Position numbers and translations under genes: made by a program. A model generated the notes under the pieces. The model worked only from the letters and a program-made list of their open reading frames with translations. It did not search any database and was not told the origin of the DNA. Shown here piece by piece: positions 1-10,730 of a stretch of 20,000 nt of DNA. This stretch comes from Saprolegnia diclina VS20. Lineage: Eukaryota. Every line of letters begins with the position of its first letter. Position 1 is the stretch's first letter. The DNA lies in NCBI RefSeq assembly GCF_000281045.1, contig NW_008246165.1, forward strand, positions 143,350-163,349, written 5' to 3'.

Positions 1-126
1 GACAACCTGCCGAACGTGGTTTTGACGACGGTCAAGGCGACGACAGGCGACACACTCACGATGCACATCAAACAAACCGTCCACAAGCTGGCCGTGCAGA
101 CAAGCCACGCCCACCCCGCGGAATAA
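1..126 (+). CDS. 3' end of an unidentified gene entering from the left edge
   Basis: Frame +1 is open from base 1 (DNLPNVVLTTVKATTGDTLTMHIKQTVHKLAVQTSHAHPAE) to TAA at 124-126, followed by AT-rich sequence. Too short to identify. Confidence 0.4.
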   Translation, partial: DNLPNVVLTTVKATTGDTLTMHIKQTVHKLAVQTSHAHPAE

Positions 127-178
127 ATATCAAAACGCCACGAAAACTACATTTCAAAGTGTTTGTTAGCTTGCTGTC

Positions 179-553
179 NNNNNNNNNNNNNNNNNNNNNN
201 NNNNNNNNNNNNNNNNNNNNNNNNNNNNNNNNNNNNNNNNNNNNNNNNNNNNNNNNNNNNNNNNNNNNNNNNNNNNNNNNNNNNNNNNNNNNNNNNNNNN
301 NNNNNNNNNNNNNNNNNNNNNNNNNNNNNNNNNNNNNNNNNNNNNNNNNNNNNNNNNNNNNNNNNNNNNNNNNNNNNNNNNNNNNNNNNNNNNNNNNNNN
401 NNNNNNNNNNNNNNNNNNNNNNNNNNNNNNNNNNNNNNNNNNNNNNNNNNNNNNNNNNNNNNNNNNNNNNNNNNNNNNNNNNNNNNNNNNNNNNNNNNNN
501 NNNNNNNNNNNNNNNNNNNNNNNNNNNNNNNNNNNNNNNNNNNNNNNNNNNNN
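179..553. other. assembly gap (N run)
   Basis: Run of n characters. Confidence 1.
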
Positions 554-2113
554 ATCCATGACGCAGGGTAAGAGAGCACCGAGGCATCCTCTGTGCACGC
601 AGAGCGCGTCGGAGAGAAGATGGCGAGGGTGCCCGACCCCCTCCTCCAGCAGAAAATCGATGGCGTCGACGGCGTTGTTGGCAATGGAGCTGCGCAAGAG
701 GTCGTCGTCGCGGAGCTCGGGCTGGTTTGCCCAAAGCTCCAAGACCACTCCAAACATACCATGCACAAGGGCACACTCGATGCCAGTGAGCGTCGCGCCT
801 TCGCTTCGATGGGCCATGAGAAAATCGACGATGGCCCAATGCTGCTTGTACGCGGCTCGGTCGATGGCTTCAGGTGCCGACGCTGCGCCGTGGTCGTGGA
901 GGTAGATGGCGACGTCCATGTCGCCTCGCTCACAAGCGTTGATCATCCAGGTAGCGTCAAGCACAACACCACGCTCGATGAAAAAGGCTGCGATTTCCAG
1001 GATGCCCGACGTTTGCTTTCTGATGACTTTTGAAAAGTACTCTGCGGCGTTCTCCAGCGAGCACCCGAGCGAGAGAAAGTGCATGGCGAGGAACACTAGG
1101 TCCGACACGGGCGCGTCGACGCGCACGGTAGTGTCGGTCGCGCGTCGATTGGCCACAAGGTACCGCACAACGTCGTCGTGGCCCAAGTAGGCGGCTGAGA
1201 ACGTAGCCATGATGGCATTATCCAACGTCCCGAGCTCGTGCAGGTAGATGACGACGGCCAAGTGTCCATGCACCGCCGCATTCTGAAGCGTCGTCCGCGA
1301 CGGCACTTGGTGGCACTGCTCAATGAGGAAGCGGACGACGTCAACATGACCATTCGTAGCGGCCGCGTCCAGTGCGGCCAAAGTGCAGTTGGCACCTTGC
1401 GCGACGAGGTCGATGACGATCTCCAAGAGACCTTGGGCGGCGGCGTCGTCCACGAAGCCGACGTACACGGCTTGTGGCATGTGCTTGTACAAAAACGCAA
1501 TGGCACGCGGCGCATAGTAGAGACTGGCCAAACGCAGTAGACCGTCCGGCCACTCGAGTTGGCGGCGACGCCACAGCAGTGCTAAGACATCCGCATTGTT
1601 GGTCGACAGCAGCGCGGCGGGCAGCCAGGCGTCCAGCGCCCGCGAGACACAACCCAAGGTCTCGTCGTCAAAGTTGCGGTCGACAGCGTGCGTCTGCAGT
1701 AAAAAGTCTGCGATCTCAAGATGGCCAGTCATGAGCGCCGCCTCGATGGCTTCTTGGTACACGAGGTCGGGGCGGCAGGCGACGATCCGCTGCGTCGCGA
1801 CCAAGTCACCTTCGCAAATCGCCAAGTGCAGCGGGAAGCGAGCGTCGCGCGTGCACAGCGTACTGAGGCACAAGCTTGCAGCGGCAAAGCCTTTCGTCGA
1901 GCCAACGTCGTCGACAGGATAGCATGTGACGAAGGTCGCGTCAAGAGCGTACTCGACTTTGTCCGGCCGCCGTGTGTCGTCCGGAAGACGGTCCGCGAGG
2001 TGGTTGAAGTCGCGGAAGCGAGACGCGACGTCTGCGTAGACGCCAAACTGGAAGCCGAAGATGACCGATGCGATCGGAGGCTGGGCTAGGACGACGCTGG
2101 AGAAGGTCGCCAT
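554..2113 (-). CDS. ankyrin-repeat protein (oomycete-expanded family), 3' end lost in gap
   Basis: ATG at 2113; about 520 aa open until the gap. Repeated ankyrin-like motifs: PLHLAICEGDL, ALDAAATNGHVDVVRFL, LQNAAVHGHLAVVIYLHE, AAYLGHDDVVRYL, AIDRAAYKQHWAIVDFLMAHRSEG. Confidence 0.88.
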
Positions 2114-2392
2114 GGAATCGAGGTGTGGGCCAATACTTGCGATGTCAACGCTGCCTTGTGATTGGGTACCATCAACATATCCGGAATCAGAGGCCCAATC
2201 AAAATGAGTTTTTCGATTTGCGATCTCCAGTCACCTCGATTTGCATCCCTCCAGCGAGGCGGCATGGTGTCAATAATGACCCATGGAGGCGGTCAGCCGA
2301 CCCAAACTTGATAATTTATCAAGTCGAGAGGAAATGTCCGGATATATCTGGAGGAGCTTCGACAACACATTTGGTGGCATTTTACGATCGGC
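2114..2392. promoter_or_regulatory. short divergent promoter region with CCAAT boxes
   Basis: About 280 bp between two head-to-head ATGs; CCAAT/ATTGG at about 2130, 2161 and 2195; AT-richer than the flanking CDS. Confidence 0.5.
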
Positions 2393-4500
2393 ATGGCATC
2401 CCTCGATGTGATGAGCTCGCCGTCTCTGGCGCAAACAATCTTCAGCTTCCAGCGCGGCAAGTCGCTTCGCATTCTCATTGGCGCTTTCCTGCAAAGCTGC
2501 GAGAAGCTCGAGAAGCGGGGCTTTGAATACAAGCGGCTCGGCTGCACCGACGTCCTGCACCAGTTCAAGTGCATCTCTGCCTCCCGCTGAACGGGCCTAC
2601 CGACGCCCGGTACCCGCTACACTGCGCGATTCTCAGCGGCAACCTCCGCATCGTCGAGTACATGCTCGCGTACAAGCATCCGACGGTGTCGCCGGCGGCC
2701 ATCGACTGCGCCTTCATCAGCGGCCACATCGACATTGTTTGCGCGCTTCTGGCGGCCCGCAACACCGTGCGCCAGCTTTGCCGACCAAGCGACGCGACTA
2801 AGCCGAACGACACGCTCGTCGCGCAGGTGCTGCGCCACAACAGCGAGCTGCTGCTCGAGCTCTTCGCCGCGTACACGGACGTGCAGTGGGACGGCGAAGC
2901 GCTGCGGGTCGCGCTCTCGTCTGAAAAAGTTACCTGCGTCGAGTACACTCACGGCAGTCGACACGCAGAAGGTCTCCCCTGCTTTGATTTTGTGTACGCC
3001 CAGTGCCGCGACCGACCGGGCGCACTCGACACACTCCTCGACGACGCTGCTCGCCTCTCGCCGCTCTACATCGTCCAGCGCTTGCACGAGGACGGATTAG
3101 CGTGCACGAGCTTCGCCATGGACGCCGCAGCGCGTCGCGGCCACTTGGACATGGTTCGTTTTTTGCATTTGCACCGCACCGAGGGGTGCACCGTCGCTGC
3201 AATGGACACTGCCGCCGCGCGTGGCGACCTTGCAATCGTGCGCTTCTTGCACGAGCATCGCACAGAGGGCTGCTCGACCAAGGCGCTCGGAGGCGCCGTC
3301 GCCAACGACCACAAAGACATCGTGTGCTTCCTCCTCGATAACCGTGGTGAAGCGTGCTCGCCCCGGGCACTCGACATTGCATTGACCAACTGTCGCTTCG
3401 AGATGGCCGAGTACCTTCTCCAGCGCTGTCCGCACCTGACGTACGCGGACCACGGCTGGCACATGACACTGCTGCATGGCCCCCTCGACCTCATCATTGC
3501 GCTGGCCATACGCCAACCCTTGCGCCCGGCACCGTACACGCTAAACAAGCTTTTTGCCGCCCAACGACCGGAAGTGGTAGCTGTTCTTGTCAACCACGGT
3601 CTCATCACGTGGACGTTTGACGAGGTCTATGCCGCAGTCGCTGATGAACCCGGGACACTGGAGCTTGTGGCCACCTACCCGCGCACTCGCGATCTCGTTG
3701 TCGCGGCAGCGCTGGCAAAAGGGCTCCTCCCGTTGGCCCAAGAGCTTCTGGCGCTGGGCTTTCCTCTGTGCGTGTCCCTCGACACACCCATGATGGCGTG
3801 CCTTGGGTCGGACGCGGGGCTGCCGACGATGGAACTTCTCGTTGCGCACGGTGTGCCGCTGCAGGCGTCGTGGCTGGACCGGGCCGCTGGCGAAAACCTG
3901 GCGCTTGTTGAGTACACCCATACGCACAGCAACGGCGCATGCTCGGTGATGGCACTCGACTCAGCGGTAGCGAGAGGCCTTGACGACGTCGCCCGCTTCT
4001 TGATGGCCCATCGCACTGAGGGGTGCTCGATGAGCGCGGTTCGGAGCTGCATCACTCGCGACGACGACGTGCTGCTTTACGAGCTCTGCGCGACGTACCC
4101 GAACGTGTGCGACGAGAGGGCGCTCATGGCGGCCATCACCGAGACGCCGCAGCAGAAGCTTCAAGCCAAATACGTGCGCTGGTGGTGCCAACGACGAGGC
4201 CAAAGCGACCGCGACGCGTTCGTTGCTGCGCTCGACTTGGGTCTAAACAGCTGGGCCTTTCAGAGCCTCTTGGCGTCGTGCTTGTCGTCAAACGACCCCC
4301 GTGACAACCTCGTCTTCCTAAGCAGCATTACGGATGCAGTGCTCCAGCGTGGGTTGGGGCCCCGTAGCTGGCACTTGCGACGCGCGCTCGAAGCGCAGGC
4401 CTTGTCGAGTACCGTACGCACCGACGCAGCGGCTAAGGCATTGTTCGAAGCGAACGAGCTAACGGCGTGGGCCCACTACGTGCTTGACGCAACGTGTTAG
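2393..4500 (+). CDS. ankyrin-repeat protein; N-terminus (2393-~2560) in a different frame from the main ORF (2569-4500)
   Basis: Main ORF has AMDAAARRGHLDMVRFLHLHRTEGCT, AMDTAAARGDLAIVRFLHEHRTEGCS and ALDSAVARGLDDVARFLMAHRTEGCS. The upstream short ORF MASLDVMSSPSLAQTIFSFQRG matches the N-terminus of the neighbouring paralog (MATFSSVVLAQPPIASVIFGFQFG), and LCLPLNGPTDARYPLHCAI matches LCLSTLCTRDARFPLHLAI. Confidence 0.82.
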
Positions 4501-4906
4501 TCAGTCGTAGTTTCTTTATGGTTTTCTAGCTGATATTTGAATTTCAGTTGATTTTTGCCCGCGGATCATTCAAGCGCAGAGAGTGATAGCTGCGATGATG
4601 AATATCACATGGCTGGACCTTACATTACGTCGTACAGTGTACATGGTCATTGTGCTACGTTGTCGCTGTACGTGTATCCCTCGACACCGGCAGCTCGTTC
4701 ATGAACAGGATTCTTGATGCCCGCCAGAACACGTCCGTGCGATCCAGTGGCATCTTGTCTCCCTCTTAGCCTGCGTCCAAGCTCCACAGCTCAGCACCAC
4801 AGCTCCCTCGCACCTCCTGAATGCAGAACGAATGCAGCCATTGGTGTCGCAACACAGATGATTGCGAATCGAAGATATATCAACATTCGCTCTCTGACGA
4901 ACGTCG

Positions 4907-4922
4907 TCACTAGTAAATTTGC
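4907..4922 (+). promoter_or_regulatory. INR/FPR-like core promoter element
   Basis: TCACTAGTAAATTTGC about 18 nt upstream of the SDR1 ATG; loose match to the oomycete initiator plus flanking promoter region consensus. Confidence 0.35.
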
Positions 4923-4939
4923 CACCAGCAACACAGAAG

Positions 4940-5724
4940 ATGCAGCTCAAGAACGCCGTTGGCATCGTCACGGGCGCCGCCCAAGGCCTCGGCCTCGCCT
5001 TCTCCAAGTCAATCCTCGAGGGCGGCGGCCGCGTCTTCCTCACCGACATCAATGACTGCGCGCTGGCCGAGGCGGCGTGGGAGCTCCAGGCCCGCCACTC
5101 GGTCGACCGCGTCGGCTACGCTAAGCAGGACGTCACGGACGACGCGTCGTTTGACGCAATCTTTGACGCGGCCAACAAGCACTTCGACGCCGACCTTGTC
5201 AACCTTCTCGTCAACAACGCCGGCGTAAGCTGCAAGTACCACGAATTCTACAGCGAAAGCACGGCGTGGCGCAAGACGATCGAAGTCAACCTCATCTCCG
5301 TCATGCGCGGGACGCAGGTAGAGATAGCATCTCGCTGCGCATGCTAACATGCCTGTAGGTGGCGCTGCACCGCCTCGCCAAGCCCGGTGTCATCGTCAAT
5401 GTCGCGAGCGCCGCCGCGTTCCAGCCGACGCCGCCGATCCCCGAGTACGGCATCACGAAGGGCGCCATTGTCAACTTCACACAGGCGATCGCGCACCAAG
5501 TCCAGGACATCCGCGTCACGGCGTTCTGCCCCGCGTTCGTCGACACCCCGATGGGCCAAGTCGCGCTCAAGGGCTCGCCACAGGTCGTCGAGGCGTTTGG
5601 CGGTCTCCTCACACCCGAATACACGGCCGAGGTCTTCCAGACGTCGTTGCTGGACGAGACGAACGCCGGCAAAGCGCTCCTGGTGACCCCGCGCCATGTG
5701 GGCTACCACGGCGACAAGCCCTAG
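4940..5724 (+). CDS. classical SDR oxidoreductase 1 (15-hydroxyprostaglandin dehydrogenase-like); exons 4940-5317, 5359-5724
   Basis: TGAAQGLG cofactor motif, acidic TDIN after beta2 (suggests NAD), NNAG, NVAS and catalytic YGITK. 41-nt intron GTAGAG...CTAAC...TGTAG at 5318-5358 joins in phase 0; 247 aa. Confidence 0.92.
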
Positions 5725-5935
5725 CTAGTATAATACATCAGTACATTTGTCAAGCGTGCCTTGACCGCCTTGCCCAGCAGCGGCCGGCCTTCGAACGACC
5801 CGCGATCGTCGGTCGTCGCTTCGTTGTTGAAGTTGGCAACAGACGTTTGCATCATCATCTGGCCTGATTTTCACACGTTGTTTTTCACGTGTGAAAGGCA
5901 GCTCTTCACGGTTGCCATCATTTCAACCTGGGAAA

Positions 5936-6732
5936 ATGACCCTCGAACACGTCGTTGGCATCGTCACGGGCGCCGCCCAGGGCCTCGGCCTCGCCTTCTC
6001 CAAGTCCATCCTCGAGGGCGGCGGCCGCGTCTTCCTCACCGATATCAACCACACGGCGCTGGTCGATGCGGCGCGGGCGCTCGAGACACAGTACTCGGCG
6101 GCGCGCGTCGGCTACGCAATGCAGGACGTCACCAACGACGCGTCGTTCGATGTAATCTTTGACGCAGCCAACCAGCACTTTGGCGAAGACCATCGCGTGA
6201 ACCTGCTCGTCAACAACGCCGGTCTCAACGGCAAGTACTTTGACTTTTACGACGACAGCCGCGCGTGGCGCCAGCTCGTTGACGTCAACCTCATCGCGGT
6301 CATGCGTGGCACACAGGTGCCTCTCTTTACGTCGCGCTCTTGTAGCCATCATCGCTGTCTCACTAGGTGGCGCTGCGCCGCCTCGCCAAGCCCGGGATCG
6401 TTGTCAACGTGGCGAGCGCCGCCGCGTTCAAGCCAACGCACGTCGTCCCCGAGTACGGCACAACCAAGTGCGCCGTCGTGCATTTTACGCGCGCGGTGGC
6501 CACGCACACGAGCGACGTTCGCCTCGTCTCGCTCTGCCCCGCCTTTGTGGATACGCCCATGGTACAGGTCGTGCTGCAGCATTCCGCGCAAATGATCGAG
6601 GCTTTTGGTGGCCTCATGACCACTGAGTACGCGGCCGACGCCTTCAAGAAGGTCCTTCTCGACGAGACGAACGCGGGCAAAGCGATGCTCGTGACAACGC
6701 AGTACGTCGGGTACCATAGCGCCAAGCTCTAA
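5936..6732 (+). CDS. classical SDR oxidoreductase 2; exons 5936-6316, 6367-6732; ends -AKL
   Basis: TGAAQGLG, NNAG, YGTTK. 50-nt intron GTGCCT...ACTAG at 6317-6366 at the same codon position (GTQ|VAL). Confidence 0.92.
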
Positions 6733-7244
6733 GATCTTAGAGATCGAAACAACAAAACGACGTAGTAGCTACTCGGTCGCACCGGTTTTTTACGACAGAT
6801 ATATACGCCGTGTTGAGCTACTAGTACACGTGCTGAAGTGCCGAAGACGCTCGGGTTTGGTCGTTAAAGCGAGCCGATGGAGAGGGCTTGGTCGCTCGAT
6901 TCGTTGGCGGCGCCGATTTCAATACATGATCGCAAATAGCACGTGGCAACAAATTCCCTCGGATAAGTACAGTGAGTCCACGATAGCCTCGCCACGCTGA
7001 GTCTGAGTCTTCCTCTGAGGGCAGGACATCAAGCAGAGGGCAGAAAAGACGCCGCCGCCACGCTGAAATGAGTCCTAACTCATTCAACGCACTATCCTAT
7101 CGAAGCATACTGGTAAACATGCCTCGCCGTGTCGACAGATCAGGTACTGGATAGGCGAATTGATATTGAACACACCGTGGTTTTCTCAGTGAAAAATGCG
7201 TGGCGTGGGAAATGCAAGCTTCAAGTCAAGCCGCAGAATCCAAT

Positions 7245-8068
7245 ATGAACCACGTGACGGCGATCATCACCGGTGCGGGGCAGGGCCTTGGCCTCGCCTT
7301 CGCGACCGCGCTACTTGCCCAAGGCGCCCGTGTGCTCATGACTGACATCAACGGCGACGTCTGCGCCGCGAGCTGCCGTGCGCTCGAGGCCAAGCACCCC
7401 GGACGCGTGGCCTCCTTGCGGCAAGATGTGTGCGATGAGAACTCGTTCGCCGTGGCCTTTGACGAAGCCGAGCGCTGCTTTGGACCTGTGAACGTCCTGG
7501 TCAACAACGCTGGCGTTGCCATCCCGATGAACGAGTTTTACGAGGATGCAAGCGCCGCAGGCTGGAAGAAACTCATGGAGATCAACGTCGTCGCCGTCAT
7601 GCGGGGCACGCAGGTACCCTGCTCCCACAACATTGGTTTCATCACATGGAACTCTATGCCTAGGTCGCGCTGCGTCGTCTCGCGGCCAAGCCCGCGCCGG
7701 CGATGGTGCCTATTGTTGTCAACATCTCGAGTGTCTCGGCCATTTGGCCAGTCGTCGAGCTGCCCGAGTACTCGACGTCCAAGGCGGCAGTGGTCGCGTT
7801 CTCGACGGCTGTTGGCAAACACATCAAGGCGACCGGCGTCCGCGTCGTCTCCATTTGCCCGTCGTTTGCCGACACTGCGATGGGTCGCGCGGCCGAAGAA
7901 GGCAAGCCGGGTATGACCAAGGTCTTTGGCGACCTCATGACGCCCGAGTTCGTTGCGCAAGGTGTTGTGCAGCTCATCACGGACGCCGACAACTCGGGCG
8001 GCGTCATGATCGTCACGAACCGCGGCTTCAAGTACCGCGGCGGCGGCGCCCCCAAGTCCAAAATTTAA
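7245..8068 (+). CDS. classical SDR oxidoreductase 3; exons 7245-7613, 7664-8068 (alternative in-frame ATG at 7212); ends -SKI
   Basis: TGAGQGLG, NNAG, NISS, YSTSK. 50-nt intron GTACCC...CCTAG at 7614-7663, again at GTQ|VAL. Confidence 0.9.
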
Positions 8069-8480
8069 CGATAAGAGACTTGGACTGCGACTGCGTACCG
8101 TCCTCCATCGGCCACACCTCTTGGCGGCATCGAAAGCACGTAGCGCCACTGTCAATGCCAGCAGGCAGGAGCTCGACGCCGTACAGTCACTTGCGCGAGT
8201 GTCCTCGCGGTATCTAGATGCATGCGACATGGCCGCTGCAGTCCACACACCCGTCACAGCAACGAACGTTGTGACCGCCACCACTAGTACCATCGACGTT
8301 GGGCAAGGTAAACTGGTGTCTTTTCTGTTTGTAGCAGTCCACATATCTGAGTAGCGCCTTGCGCTCTCCTACCCCAGGCAAGGTCGCCAACCCCGAACTA
8401 TCTAGGATCGCAATAGATCCAGATGTCTCGTCGTCAACTTCAACCACCATTCTAGAAACCACCGTCCCAGTACCACGAAG

Positions 8481-9917
8481 ATGGCCACATACAAGGTCCT
8501 CCCAACGACTGCCGCGCCGCCTGCGACCCACCGCGGCAACGCCGACCGCTTCCGATCGTTTGCCTTCGGCTACGTCCACGCGATCCTCTTGAGCCTCCAA
8601 GTGCCCGTCTTCAACACGTACTTGCGCTTGGAGGGCTACCAAACTACGGCCTACGCGACGCTGATCACGCTGCCGATGCTCTTCTCGCCCTCAGCGCACA
8701 CGCCACAGCACGTGCTTCTCGGCTGGGCCCTCTCGGCTCTCTGCCTCGGGCTCATGGTCGTCGAGCCGTTTCCAGCGCCGTACTGCGACGTCCGCTTCGT
8801 CCTCTGCCCACGCGGTCTCGCCCAAGCCGCGGACGAGCGCTGGCCGCATCACAACACCAATGCGCCAGCGAGTGCGGCTGTCTACGTTCTCTTGTCGACG
8901 CTGGTCGTGCTCGGTGCTGCTCTTGGCAGCGCGCCGCGGCCCACCTGCGTCTACCGACACCTTGGCGCTGCCGTGGCCTATGCGCATTCCGCGGTCGTCC
9001 TCAATGGCTCCGCCTATGGCGGCTCGTTTGCACTAGCACTAGCACCCAACACAGCCTACCTCCTGTGCCTGGGTCCTGCGCTCGCTGCGATCGCGACGGG
9101 TGGCGCCACCACGTCGCGTGCCGCAACACCGAGTGTCTGGGAGCTTCTCCAGCGACGTAGCGTGCGCCAACTCTGTTTCTTTGGCTTTGTCTTTGGCGCA
9201 ACCAGCCGCTTCGAGTCGACAGCTCTCGCGCCCATCGCAGTGGCCTGGGCGTCCGTCGAGCCGCTCAGTGACGCCGTAGCTCGGCTTGTGGCCACGGCGC
9301 TGGCGCTGGCGATTGCACACGTAGTCGGAGCGCACGCCTCAAGCGGAAACTGGCGGCGGATACTGGTCGGTGGATCGATCCTCGCCGTGCTCCTGGACGC
9401 GACCACGGTCTTTCGCACGATCTGGCCCGGGCGCCGTGATCAGTGGGCGTTTGCCGGCGCGCGCTTGGCGTCGGCCATTCCGATCGGCCTCGAGCTGGCC
9501 GTGACGCACTGGGTTTCCTCCGACGATACCGCGAGTCTCGTGCTCGCGAGCGCATCGCTCGTCGGTGCGGCCGCTGGAGCGTCGCTGGCGCGCCTTCTGG
9601 ATACGATTTTCGCGCCCAGTCAGCTCGCTGTGGGCCGCGACGATGCGAGCGCGCGCTGGAACGTTTCGCTGAGCTTTGCAGCGGCCTACGCGATCCGACT
9701 TCTTGGGTTGTGCAGTCTTGGGCTGATGCCGGCCAACGCGAGGTCCGTCGTGTCGCTCGATGCAACGAGCAAACGACGGGGTATTCTTCTTGCGTCCGGA
9801 CTAGCGTCTGTCGCCATCGTCTCGGCGATACACAGTGGCTTGGCCACACTGCCAGCAACAGCCTGCTATCGCTTCGTCGGCGGTCCTGGCGCCCAAGTCG
9901 ATGGCTCGTGCGATTAA
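8481..9917 (+). CDS. multi-pass membrane protein, divergent folate-biopterin transporter (BT1/MFS)-like oomycete family
   Basis: 478-aa intronless ORF with roughly 11-12 hydrophobic segments. Motifs recalled for this family: YLRLEGYQ, LLGW, PFPAPYC, LNGxxYGGSF, WELLQRR, WASVEPL, NWRRIL, RDQW. Family assignment is from memory. Confidence 0.62.
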   Translation: MATYKVLPTTAAPPATHRGNADRFRSFAFGYVHAILLSLQVPVFNTYLRLEGYQTTAYATLITLPMLFSPSAHTPQHVLLGWALSALCLGLMVVEPFPAPYCDVRFVLCPRGLAQAADERWPHHNTNAPASAAVYVLLSTLVVLGAALGSAPRPTCVYRHLGAAVAYAHSAVVLNGSAYGGSFALALAPNTAYLLCLGPALAAIATGGATTSRAATPSVWELLQRRSVRQLCFFGFVFGATSRFESTALAPIAVAWASVEPLSDAVARLVATALALAIAHVVGAHASSGNWRRILVGGSILAVLLDATTVFRTIWPGRRDQWAFAGARLASAIPIGLELAVTHWVSSDDTASLVLASASLVGAAAGASLARLLDTIFAPSQLAVGRDDASARWNVSLSFAAAYAIRLLGLCSLGLMPANARSVVSLDATSKRRGILLASGLASVAIVSAIHSGLATLPATACYRFVGGPGAQVDGSCD

Positions 9918-10420
9918 ACTTTGTAACATTAGCGAGGCTTTGAGCTCGGCAAGCGGGAAGCACGAGCGTTGGACTTCATCCGCAGAGGTGGCGTGGCGCT
10001 TTAGATGATGCGCGCAGTAGTTTTAGTGTCTGGCACAAGAGCCGCGCCCGAGACGTGACCACTGCTACTGCTGTGGCTTATTTGTGCGGCTGGGATCGGG
10101 GCGGACGCGCGCAACATCCATGTCAATCAAATCAAAAATAGGCAATCGCAACGACCACCTCCAGCATATGATATTCCATATTCGTTGTGAGAGACAAGGT
10201 GCTCGACAAAGTGCGCCGGCGGATGCCAGCAGCCAAATGTCCACCAATCAGAAGCAATTTATTCGCCCACAGCCACCAATCAGATCGCTGGTTACCACAA
10301 TGATTCCAGAGATTTGGCAGCCTCGCCCGTTTACGTGGTGTACCAGCATCCCAGGGGATTAATTCGATGTGTCGTGTCTCAATCCGGCCAACCCATTGGC
10401 TATATATCGAGCCATTTTGT

Positions 10421-10443
10421 CCAATGAAACGCAGTTTCATTGG
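10421..10443. repeat. inverted repeat, 10-bp arms made of two opposed CCAAT boxes
   Basis: CCAATGAAAC-GCA-GTTTCATTGG. Confidence 0.85.
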
Positions 10444-10637
10444 TCTAAGCCAATCGCATCGCGAAACGTGTCCAGTGAAGTGCGATTTCGGTGTCCCCGT
10501 AAAGTGCTGTCCATTTTCCGGACGTTATACTCGATTGAAGTATAACAATTGCGCTGAAGTGCGCCTGCGTACTTAACCGAAATTCACGCAACTTTCCAGT
10601 TAGGTGCGATTGCAGAAGCGCGCGAAGACTGCAGCAA

Positions 10638-10730
10638 GCGACGACGGCGCGTTGGCCCGGAAAAGTCTGCGCACGCAGCGCAGCGAAGGTCGAGCGTTGA
10701 CTTTTGTCTAGGCCAACGCGCCGTCGTCGC
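10638..10730. repeat. long hairpin / inverted repeat with a 20-bp perfect stem
   Basis: GCGACGACGGCGCGTTGGCC (10638-10657) is the exact reverse complement of GGCCAACGCGCCGTCGTCGC (10711-10730). Inner AAAAGTC/GACTTTT extends the stem. Confidence 0.9.

Noticed and set aside
68..553. C-terminal extension of the 681-aa ankyrin ORF through the gap
   Set aside because: Artefact of translating Ns; the real stop probably lies within the gap.
5009..8061. Antisense ORFs mirroring the SDR exons
   Set aside because: Expected from codon bias in GC-rich genes; no independent evidence.
8121..8480. Possible extra 5' exon(s) of the membrane protein (AAG/GTAAAC donor at 8308)
   Set aside because: I could not build a stop-free spliced frame joining to ATG 8481 with an intron of normal size.
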